A DNA stretch of 64,000 nucleotides. Source: Phoronis australis (taxonomy: Eukaryota > Animalia > Phoronida). Numbering within the stretch: the first letter of the stretch is position 1; every line of letters begins with the position of its first letter. Location: positions 206,458 to 270,457 of the forward strand of contig NMRA01000194.1 in NCBI GenBank assembly GCA_002633005.1, given 5' to 3'. The translations under genes and the position numbers were made by a program. Under the pieces are notes generated by a model. The model worked only from the letters and a program-made list of their open reading frames with translations, made no database searches and was not told where the DNA came from. Below, piece by piece: positions 11,001 through 23,000 of the stretch.

Positions 11001-14000
11001 GGGCAAAACACAACAGGGAGATCAGATTTCATTGTTGCCCAACTATTTACCATATTCAATATGAGTGAGATGCAACATTAATAATAAGACACTCTCACAA
11101 AATCGAGCTACTGTATTTCCGCGAATGTCTATTTTTGTAGTCACTTGTACTGCTATATAGGTGTAGATGACAAAATGCGGTGTTGTTTCAGGTAACACGA
11201 AAAAGTTGTGTTAGGCCAGGTGACGAACGACTGCCATCTGATTGGTTGTGTTACACTTGGAAACTCTTAAGTGGCACACAAACAATAGATTGTCTTTTCA
11301 GAACTAGGGCGTTGCGAAGTGTATGGAAAAGACAGATGGCAGCGACGGGCAGCATGTACAATGAAGAATGCTTTAAAACTCTTTCACTGCCCAGTTTCAT
11401 TTCTCAGTGCCAAAAAATAGCTGCCTTTTGAAATAGCCGCACCATATTGAAATTCACAAATCTGCCATCAGGTCTTTGGTGGACAAGCATTCAGTGCCAC
11501 CTACAAATGCGGACAGGAGGTTTCAACCTACTAGTATAATTATTGTTTTAACAACTTTCCTGCTGTTATAATGGCTGCAAATTTCCACCATTTTTTTCTG
11601 TCATCTCTTCAATGTATTAACTGTATGATAAAACTGTGTTCACCACTTAGTAACCACAGAAATATACATAAATTATCATGTTTTTGACATCACTGCAATT
11701 GCACACCTTAGCATGAGTGTACCTTGAAATCACAGCAGATATCGAATTATAGCAGGCACAGACCAGAGCTGTATAGTACCCGAATTGGGGTCTTTTCAAA
11801 CTTTGTCAAACAGCTGTGTTTCTGGTACTTGACATGCCAATTAATAGTGCTAAGGCACTGACAGGTAAACAAATACTTCCAGGTGTGGACACAGAGGGGG
11901 TCTAAAGGTTTCAAACTTCCCCTGCTTGACAACCCTAGAAATTAATGGAATAGAGGAATTTAAAGTGCCCCCTGTCATTGCTAAGATTTGCACTTAAATA
12001 TCAGTCATCACCCTTTAGACCCTTTCCCATACACTAATCTTCGCTGTTCCTGAAGCTTCGGTGTTAACTATGGTTAACTGCGAAGTTAAGCATTAGTGTT
12101 CCCATCAGATTCGGAGTAATAGTTCAGCGAAGTTATAGTAAGGTGGCGCTAATATGACCTTTTGTCATATGGCCTTGTTGTTTTTGACAGTGCTTGCCAT
12201 CAAAAATGGAAACTAGAATGTCAACTTCACAAGGCAACCAACAGTTGCCACGTTAGGACAATGACGATGTACTAGAAAATGGCATTTTATATTAAAAAAT
12301 AAATCTGACTCTTGAGCAGGCTCACAGCTGATCTAAAAGTGAGACAAAGGTGGTATGGCATGCATTACATTATACATTCAGTGGTATTTTAATGTAAAGA
12401 ATCCAACAAATACATGAATAAATTGAAACAGAAAGGTTACACCACCAAAATAACAATTATTAGAACAAAATATTAACAAATAATAACCAGTCACAGCCCC
12501 CTGTTGGCAATGTTTGGCACTAGCAACACCGAAGCTTTGGAGCCAGTAGGACGGCCTTTTTGACAGCATACAACAGAGGTAGTTACCAGATAGTAGAGGG
12601 CTGAGACGTCCAATTCTGAATTGTTTAAATTCAATGGATGCTGCTATCGATTAAAAACTATTGGGGATTATTTACTAATTAAGTGCTCACTAAAAGTCAA
12701 CATGCGTGTAGCTCAGTGGTCACAACCACACTGCCACCTAGTGTATGTAACTGCTCTGGGTTGATCAACTATTAAATCAGGCAGGTTCTTGCATAACATG
12801 TCAGTGGCAGTGGAGGCAAACATCTCTCTCACAACAAATATCTCTCTCATGCTTGATTTCAAATTTCGCATTAACACAATCTGACAAATGGGGTAAAAAT
12901 TATCCAGTTTAGGACAGTATCTAAAATTTGGGACATCGATATTCACGCCAAAGTTCCACCATTTTAGCCTTCAGTAACAATAATAGTTTAGCTTCTTTTA
13001 ATATGAATCTTGAAGCTTTGGACATGGCCGGTGGCTGATTTAGATAGGGGGGGCAAGGGGACCATGGCCCCCCTAAAATTTTCCCAGATTCCATTTGGCA
13101 GTTCGGGAGGTGCGAATGCCTGTTGGGCAAAATCCTAGGCCCCCCTGACTCAAAATCCTGGATCCGCTTCTAATGGCAATTTTGACATTCGTCAAACTCC
13201 TCAAATACCGCACATCGCATTTTGTAAACTAACAGGATTTTAAAAGACTTGGCAGTTAAAATTGTAGAAAATAGTTGCCAACACAACATTTTCATAAATA
13301 CATAGAGTATTATAAACACCAAGGTGAATGATCATTTGTGATTGATCATAATTCTTGAATTTGAGACGGACAATTTTGCCCATTTCTAAAATTAGGTACG
13401 CTGCCCACCCCAACCTTGAGCAAAGAAGCTGAACTGGTGACTTTTTACTCCTAATTACAAGTCTTCGAACAGACTTCTACATGTATCTGTCAACGGCTGT
13501 TTTATACCTGATTAAATCCAGACTGAATTATCACAACATCAGGTGTGATGGACAAGTTTCTTTAAATTAGCAACAGTGAAGCATGTCATAAGTTGGGGGA
13601 ACCACAAACACATTATTTACTTAATAAACAAAATGCTTCTAACTCTTGCAATTACTGGCTGATTATTCAACAAACTTGTGCCAAGAAAAATAAAAAGTGC
13701 CCATCATTGACCACCATGAGTGTACCATACACCTGTGCTCATTCTTCAAAGAACACAATGACACCTGAAGACGGCCATAGAAATGAAACGTTGTGTCAGT
13801 ATACATAGGCTTAAGGTTGGGGTAAATAAACAAATGGAAAAAGTAATTCTCACACGTTTCCATAAAAGATAAATAGCACAAAAAATAATGGTTTGCCATG
13901 TTTAGCTTCTTCACCATAATTATTTCTCAGAAACTGTGAGAATTCCCAGTGTTAGATTCCCTTGAAAATGAAACCCAGGCAATTCTGCCAATTGGATTTA

Positions 14001-17000
14001 CCCAAAATTGGTGAGATTCTATAGTAAATACAGACAACTTCTTTCCATGTGAAATATGTGAAATTTGTAAAACTAAGAAGGCATCATTTACATCTCACAC
14101 CAAATTGGACATTCCTAAGTGTGTCAGCGATGACGTAACACGTGATGGGTCCCAAACCATCATTTCTGTTATTTAAATACTTCAGAATAACTAAAAACAG
14201 GACAGAGTTGTTTGCAGTTAGTAAAAGAGGACAGGGTGAAAACACAATGTGAAACAGCGAGATAAGAGGACATTTAGCATTAAGAAATAAATAGCACATG
14301 TCCACATTGTTGATTGTCTTGTGACATTTACAAGACATTTGACTCAGCTAGTTTGCAATAAACAAGCTATTAGCAACTTGCACTTCACAAAAAACATGAA
14401 CTTAAATGGCAATAATACTATATTTGCCAGAAGATCTCTTTTTAAAGGGAAAGCAAGTGTTTTGATGATACCTTTAGCAAAAATGCAGATCCCTGGTTAT
14501 CTTGTAGACATTTTACTGTGTTAATTAAACATAAACGTTCCCATGGCAAGTATGTAAAATCCAAGAACAACAGAATGTGATGTAAACGGCCCAACAAAGG
14601 CCTGCAACTTGGTTCTCCATTCACTTGCATTGAGCAGAAACAAATGACATGCAGAGACTGTTCATTGTGTGCATGCAGAGACTGTTCATTGTGTTCATGC
14701 AGATACTGTCCATTGTGTTCATGCAGAAACAGTTCATTGTGTTCATCCAAAGACTGTTCATTGTGTTCATGCAGAGACTGTTCATTGTGTTCATGCAGAG
14801 ACTGTTCATTGTGTTCAATAGGGAGTAGAACATCATGCTTCCTCAATGGAAGCGAGTGCAGAACAAAGATGCGGGCCTTTTGTTGGGCCAGTTACATCAC
14901 TTCCTGTCGCTCCATGGATAGTAGAACAGTAATTAACGTGGAAAAATGTATTTCCAAGACAACCAGTATTTTTACTATAGCATCAAAAATGTCTGCTATC
15001 TCCCATTAAGATCCATGAGTTGAATGCTACAAAAATTTCTACTTTAAGGGCCGTTTCAGATGAGAGGCATNNNNNNNNNNNNNNNNNNNNNNNNNNNNNN
15101 NNNNNNNNNNNNNNNNNNNNNNNNNNNNNNNNNNNNNNNNNNNNNNNNNNNNNNNNNNNNNNNNNNNNNNNNNNNNNNNNNNNNNNNNNNNNNNNNNNNN
15201 NNNNNNNNNNNNNNNNNNNNNNNNNNNNNNNNNNNNNNNNNNNNNNNNNNNNNNNNNNNNNNNNNNNNNNNNNNNNNNNNNNNNNNNNNNNNNNNNNNNN
15301 NNNNNNNNNNNNNNNNNNNNNNNNNNNNNNNNNNNNNNNNNNNNNNNNNNNNNNNNNNNNNNNNNNNNNNNNNNNNNNNNNNNNNNNNNNNNNNNNNNNN
15401 NNNNNNNNNNNNNNNNNNNNNNNNNNNNNNNNNNNNNNNNNNNNNNNNNNGAAGACCCAAGCCTATCTCTAACCATTAGATCTGATCAAGGCCAATCAGA
15501 TTATGTCACAACATCAGTTATGGCTGACATCCAGACGTGACTGATCTCTTGTTTACAACCAGAGAAACAAAAATGTGACATTTGAAGATGTCAAATAAAC
15601 AAGACTTGCATAGGGTTCATGCCCATGTGAGCATCACTGCTAGTTTTGGTGTAAACAGTCAATTAGAATCACTTAGTAAGATGGTGTTGTAGGTAATAGG
15701 CCATGATGCAGTGTTTAGTCACCCATAATGACATCTGCAGAGACTGTCATCAGTGTCTGTAAACTGTGCTTCACAGCTTTTACTTTTCCTTCAAAAGCAC
15801 CAGACCAAATGAGGCAACCAGTCTGTTCTAACTTTTAAGTCCTAGGCACATTTGGTCCCCGCCCTCAAGGCACAAGCCGTTTTGGAGCTCGCCACGACCA
15901 ATTGTTTGAAACTTTTGGTTGACTCTCAGCTCACAATATCCTAAAATCTGCCAGTAAGAATATTTCATGTCTTTCAAAAAATAAAAATAAACTGTTTCTT
16001 ATTTGCCAGATTTAATGACCATACATCGAGTAACTTTTTAGAAATCATGGCAAATACTATGGAAACTAGAATTCCCAACAGGGGACTCTATAACAGGACG
16101 ATTTATCCAAAAATCCAAGTCTTCTGTGATCTCTTAAATAGAAATGCATAACAAATTTATTGAAGAACCATCAAATAGGTAGAAAACAGACAAAAAAAAA
16201 TTGCCACTAGGGGGTGTCATAGCAGTCCCAACCATCCTAAATACGTCAGCCGTGCAATTTCCATCACAGTGCAAACAAATACGCCATTTTGCATAATAAT
16301 CCTCAGAATGGTTTGACTGACAGTGTGGCGAATGCCAAAAAACAGGTTAGAAAATAATACAATAGCAAATACAAATAATACCAAGTGGTGCACAAAGAGT
16401 TGAATCTATTCAAAAATGAGGTGCCATCATCTCTCGAATAGAAATCTATTTGCCAACTCCAGAAGAAAAATGCAAAAAACTAAAACTGCAACAAGGCGGC
16501 GCAGTCAAAGTCATCTGCCAACATGTATATATAAATACACTTGCCAAATGTAACAAAGATCTTGCAAGGATTTTAGCAGAAATAAGTCCGGAGGCAAAAA
16601 AAAATTGCCACTAGTGAATCCAACGGTAGTTGGAGGCATCCACAAATATTCTCATAAGGAACACATAACCCAATCTTCATTATTTTTGATACGGTATGGC
16701 TGATAGACAAGTGGACACCAAAAAACAGATCGAAAACAGTAAAAACGGTCACTAGGTGGCAAAGAAAATCATCCAATTTGTCTAATAATGGAAAGCCGTC
16801 ATTGTCTCCTGAATTTGCTGAACTTTATTTCCATTATTCCAAAATTTCATGCAAATACAACAAGGAACTCTGGAGACAGAAAAGCAAAATTAACGTAAAA
16901 ACCTAAATTGTCGCAGGAGTAGACAGATCTATCCAGTAATTTGCTCGTGCCATCCTATGCGGGAACTTGCCTGCAAAATTTCACAAACATCCATCAAGGG

Positions 17001-20000
17001 GTTTTGAGATATACCAACCTACACATGGAAAGAGGAATGGACGGACAGCATATAATGTACCCACATGTACATGAGCATTAAGAACCCTCTCACAAACTGA
17101 GCAGCTAGGATATCTAATTTTCGCTAGCAGTTCTCACAAAAACAGATGGCCAGTTTGTTTCTTTCTCTATAAACTGTTGTCAAGGGAAAGTACATTGCAG
17201 CTGTGAATCAGAGAAATGCTTCAGTGAGTCACAACATGGCCTTATCCAGGACACTACATTGTGTACACATTTTACAGTGGGTGACATAAAAATGTCAAAA
17301 TGATCCATGAAGAGAATGTCACCTTGTGTAGAGGACAAGTTCCTGACACCAGCTGGGAGACTATACGGTAATGGTGAAAGTATTGACTGGTAGTTACAAG
17401 AGGATTAAATTACACACCATTTGGAAGGAACAGCATTTTTTACTTTACCCTAATAAAGGAAAAACACATATCAATGGTAATCCTGCAGAGACATTCTTCT
17501 GCAGCAATTACAGACTGTTCCCCTGGTGTGTTTTTACTATACATAGAACAGTAGGAAGTGGCATAAATGGCCTATCAAAGACCCACATCTGTGGTTCTGC
17601 ATTCACAGCCACAGAGCAAAACATGAATGACTGGCACAGACTGGGTACATAGCAAGGCATAGAGTTTTGTTCAATGGAAGGGAATACAAAACCTATATGT
17701 AGTGAATGCCCACAGTTTTTCAAGCTCTTTGTCTGAACAGATGCTAGCTGTGCTACACAGCAACAACATGGAGCATTGTTAACTTGGACTTCAGCATGTT
17801 TCACAGTGGTGAGATTTTCCCATAGTAACAACACACCATGGGAACAGTCAACACAGCTAGAAATTAACCCACTTTCCATTGCAAAAATCAAGTACTGATT
17901 TAGACCACTTGATGTTACGAAACTGGTCTCAAATTGCTCGAGTCCAGGCTTTACAACGTGGCTTGTCACAGTGTCATTTAACGCACTTGGCATTATCTCA
18001 AAGAATAGCGCTACCACCAACCTTTGCAAACCCAGAAATCACCTACCATTTGAGTACGAAACAAGATATTAAGATCACTTTTACCGAGATAAGTGGTTTA
18101 AATAAAACCGTAGCTCTTTAGACACAACACAGACCTTATAAAGTGTCTCCCTAGGATACTCACACAACTGTATTTTTACTAAATGTAACATCTAAAAAAG
18201 TTAGGTTCTCTCTAAAAGGTCAGCTTCAAGAAAACTATTAAGGCAAGTAAGAAACAAACCGTGTTTCCAAACATGTATGCACTGCCCTTGAAGGATCATG
18301 AAGCAAACAAGTAAACAGTTTTTGGTGTCATCTGTACATGGTTCATTCCTTTTTAAAGCTTATTTTCACTTTGGCTTATTTATCAACCTTATCCTAGTTT
18401 GAATATCTGTCTGTCTGCCTCTTGTTAGTTTTGCTCTGTGGTTTATTGCATTGTATAGCATTCTATTACTAGTTTTCATAGTCAACCACTACTTAAATAT
18501 AATCAATCAAGCACAATGTCCATTATTTTGTAGAAAATAGTCGCCAAAACAATCTGTTTTATGATTCAGTCTGTGCTAAGAATAACACAAAATTATTATA
18601 AAACACAAAAAATAACTACAGGCGGTCTGGTACATTGTGCGCGCAGGCCGCGCATGTGGGCTCATTGCACTGATCACCTAGAACCATTTCTATGCTTACA
18701 TAATTAAAACCAAGGGTAGGAGCAACTCAAGGGTTTAGCAGTGTGCCCCAGTGGCACTCAAACGCACAATCTTGAGCAAAGGAAGTGGACACTTATCCGT
18801 CTAGGCCACAATGCCTCCTCATCATCAAGTCCTGTTATATAACAGCTGAGCAGTGCAATGCACAATCTAGGTTAATGATCAAACAGAATTTTCTTAATGG
18901 TGAGGGATGCTTAATATATTCTGCAGGAATTCTTTTCATAACTGAAAAAGACAATGACCACCTTCGGGCTCGAAGTAGCGCGGAAGTTCTGTCCATCCAA
19001 ACACCGCCAAAACAATTACATGTGATCCCGTTAATAATCTCGTATGCACAAAACTGAGTTCAATACCTGCCTGGTACTATTTGGATCATCTACTCACCTG
19101 TGGATCCACACATGAGGTATGCCCCCAGCTCCTGCTCGGCTCTGTAGACACTTCACATTTAGTCTTTCTCTTCACCTTTCGACTGGACTTTTTTTGTTGC
19201 TTTACTTCGACATTACATTTGGCCAACCCATGGGATGTCTCACTACTCTCAACTGCTGGATTGTAGTGCCTGTCAACACGACTATCACAGTCAGGTGACT
19301 GTGTTGCAGGTCCATTATTTGCCAGAACGCCAATATCATCAAACCAATGATACTTTTGTGAACATTCAGAATCTGTCAAACTCTGGTTCAGTAATCTGCC
19401 AGTATTTCCACAACTATCTAAACTTGTCAAACTCGCCTGTAGTTCATCAACGGTTTTGGACAGATCTGCAATCTGCTGTGTGAAGTCACCTGCATCTTCA
19501 AGGTCATGGCCTCTGTCAAGGTCATGACCTCCACAGCCATGAATGAAGTCGTGTTGAAGTCTCAGTTGCTCGTGACTTAATGAACGCAGAAGACTACGGA
19601 AGGCTGTGTCAGGACTGACTAGGTTGGGTTCGCTTAAAGTGTGACCACCCCTTACACCTAGACTCTTGTGAGACTCTACACGACACAACCTGTAGAAGTC
19701 CTTTTTAAACTCTGTCTCTACACTGACTGGAGTAAGATCATGCTTCAATGACACCGATTCTGTGACACTCTGTTCATCAACGCTACTCGTTTCCAAAGTA
19801 ACGACCTTTGCCCTCTTACACAGCTCCTCCCATTCTTTGTCAAATTCCTCCAGCATGACTGCATTGCTCGGTGAGATATTCATTGAGGGTAAGGTCCTTG
19901 CTGTGGTGTCAGCAATGTTGCAATCATCAGAATATTCCGACTCCAGCCGTAACGGCGGACTGTCACTCAGCTGCGATGTTTCAGAAGTACCACCGACATC

Positions 20001-23000
20001 AATCTTCAGCAGTAATGCATCCATCTCTCGCAGATCTGCCTGGATGTTGGGCATGTCCTTCCTGCCAATCTGAAGGCATAATGAACAATATAGGAAAGTT
20101 GTACCAGAGCTATAAAACCAATTACTGTAGTGGAGTCTCTTCAAAAATGTCAATTTTTCTGGACCAATAACATTGCTATGAGTGCCCACAACTTTTATAA
20201 AGAGTGTCTGATGGTAGCTAAGGTAACGGATTTGAAAATAGCAAAGTATTGACCAGGTGCTATCTATATCTTATGAAATAACTAAGAAAATAAAATTTCA
20301 CACACAATCTTTTCTAAATTGGTGAGAGTTTATCAAGCTTCAACTGCTGTATCAAAATAAGGTAAACCAAATATTAATTCCATTTTGTAATATGCTGGTA
20401 CTGCAGAATCTGGGAATACAACCTTGTCTTCCATAGACTACATGCGCTTTCTTTTCTCATGAAAATATTTTTCTCAACAGCTAAATATTTTCATTCGCGC
20501 ACACAATTCACATCTTCAAGTGAAAACTGGAATACTTCAAAGAACAGGGTTGTCATGAATGACAAAAGGAACACTGCTCATGAGAAAAGAACTTTCAAGA
20601 AAAGAACACATCTACCAGGATTTTCCGCAGATAAGCCCATCTGGTCTGAAACACCTATGGGCATTTATTTAAAAAATTATGCTGATCAAGCAGCCATGGG
20701 CGTTCATTTGGCGTTACAACTTCTGGTGTGAAGTGTCCAAATAGTGGGACGTTTATTCCGAAAATTTCCTCTTAACAACCCACTCAGCGTCAACTTTTTG
20801 TCACAACAGTTTTAAGTAAAAAAATGCCAAAATCAACAAAACTGTGGCTTTACGTTTAAAAGCTCCAATTTCTGAATAAACTCCCAGGTGTTTAGTTGGT
20901 GTTACTAAAACGCCTGAAAATTTTCATTTTCCGAACATACACCCATGTGCTTATCTACGGAAAATCCCAGTCCTAAGAAGACCACCGGTACAGTCTGAAA
21001 TGGAAAACATCATCTAGTAGGTCAGCCATGAAATGTATTTTACTACATCCAGGAAAGAGGAAAGTTCAATACAGGATGGATCAATCTGACACTTCAATAC
21101 GGGATGGGTCAATCTGACACATACTCACATTCAACTCCTCTAGCCTTTTCTTTGGGTCCCAGTCAGGGAGCTTTACTTGTGGCCGGCTCTTCCACATTTC
21201 CACAAAGTTCAACACTCCGCTCTGTGACTCATCATCGCTGGAGTCCGAGATGATTGACTAGATCCAATAAATAGCTCCATTAGAAAATTTTGTTCACACA
21301 TAAGGCACATAACTTCCATGTAAAAAGTACGACGCTTCGGTGTTAATGTTCACAGTGGGCTCTGATTTTTCTGAGAAAGACGTTTAGAGAGAATGAAATA
21401 TGTTTTAAAAATTCTCTCAGGTTTTGTAATAAGCAACAAGTCTTAAAACTTTGATTTACATAAAGAAGATTCCGTGCAATTACACAGTAACCAATTAGCA
21501 ACACTGTGCGAGGCTTGCGTTACCTGTTGGGCCAAATGGAGTTAATTTTCATTGCGAGTATGAATTTAAAGGCAGAATAAAAAGACACAAAAAGATCCAA
21601 GACAATAATTTTAAGGATTCAAATGTTGTTTTATGGTTATTATCTTTAAACACAAAATGTTAAAATTCATTTAAAAGAATACTAGAGCCAGTTTCGACCT
21701 ATTTATAGAAATTAAGAATGACTTTCCTTTCTAGATTTCTAAAATAAAATAATCCACTGCTCGTCAACCCTCAAAACTTTGGAACAAGTTTGAAAACCCC
21801 TCACAAAGAATACTAAACTGTCAAGCGCAACCGATGCTTTCGCCAAGTTACACAAAACTATGGGAGGAGACTCACCGAGAACACGGGATTCATTTTATGG
21901 CAAGGTCTAAGTGTTTCTAGTTGAATAAGAGCTTTCATCATTCAGGTGAGACATGAATCGTGCAGTAGCAAGAGACGGAACAGAAACTGGCTGACACCCA
22001 AAACACGATATGTAGTAGGACCTCATCCCAAATATCAACAAACCTATAGATTTTAACTTGGTAAAAGTCTAGAAAAGTCATATTTTCTGAAAGTAGGAAG
22101 CCTGTAGAATTTGATTTTTAACTTAATACCAATTTCCCATCAACTGGTCTTTTTGACAAAATTTTGGGAAAAAAGAAAAACACATCCCTAGCAAAGTAAT
22201 GGAAACAATAACATGAACAAATTTCATTTGATGTAAATATTCAAGATGAAATCTCAAAAACGCTTAAAATTTTCTATTTTTTTCTAAATTATCATTTTGG
22301 TATAGTTTTATGCAACTTTTGAATACTGTTTTTTATAGCCCCTGATCCAAAAGAAGAACATTTTAAAACATTCTCATCTGAAATTTTCATATGAACCCAA
22401 TCAGCCATTTCTGAGATATGAAGTTCCAAAGTTAGCCAAATTTAGACATTTTTCTAAGGTCCTACATAACTTGAAACGTTTCTGTGAAGTTTAACTTGTA
22501 CATCAGTACCTGCCCAGTTGGAGGTGGAAGACCAGTAGAGACACCTGTAGGCTCCACAGTCTCCTTCATCTGTCCAATCATCAGTGGCGAACTGCGCGGC
22601 TGCGAACTACCACTACTGGTGCTGCTAGTGAGGGGGGAGTGGCACTCCACTCCGCTGTCCGACAACCTCTGCTCAACTGAACGAGTATCCTTATTGCTAG
22701 ATGAAAGGCCAATGTCCACACATAGAAAATCCGACTGTTTCTGAGACAACAAATCGTGACTATTGCCACAGAATGGACCATTAACAAAAATCCCTGAGTC
22801 ACGTGTGGCTTCACATTTAGTCGTTTTTGCACTTAGATGTTTTTCACTTGAAGCCCTGGGTGTCGCTAAACTAGCTCTATCAATGCTTGGAAAACGGGCA
22901 CTGGGAGTATCATCACGGTAACAATATCCGACGACAGGTGAAAAATTGGAATTTGTGCCTGCCTGAAATTCCACATTTTGCCCATTATGAGGTAGTCTAT

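Noticed and set aside
9078-12569. Paired ORFs (83, 61 and 63 aa) suggesting a duplicated gene cluster
   Set aside because: They recur only because of the haplotype duplication, start at non-ATG codons and have no recognisable domains.
13733-13764. 32-nt phase 0-2 exon candidate (VSLCSLKNEH)
   Set aside because: Its acceptor coincides with the antisense of the hammerhead core CTGAAGA, so it is better explained as a retroelement relic, although exonisation is not excluded.
14442-15009. Metallothionein-like (CRDCSLCS)n, His-rich (HEHNEQSL)n and Met-rich ORFs
   Set aside because: All are translations of one 24-bp minisatellite that is stop-free in several frames. The flanks are not protein-like and no splice or promoter support was found.
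15020-15479. Four poly-X ORFs
   Set aside because: Artefacts of the 380-N gap.
17508-18029. 173-aa minus-strand ORF as a missing NCKAP5 exon
   Set aside because: No convincing phase-0 acceptor in that frame, composition unlike neighbouring exons, and no recognised homology.
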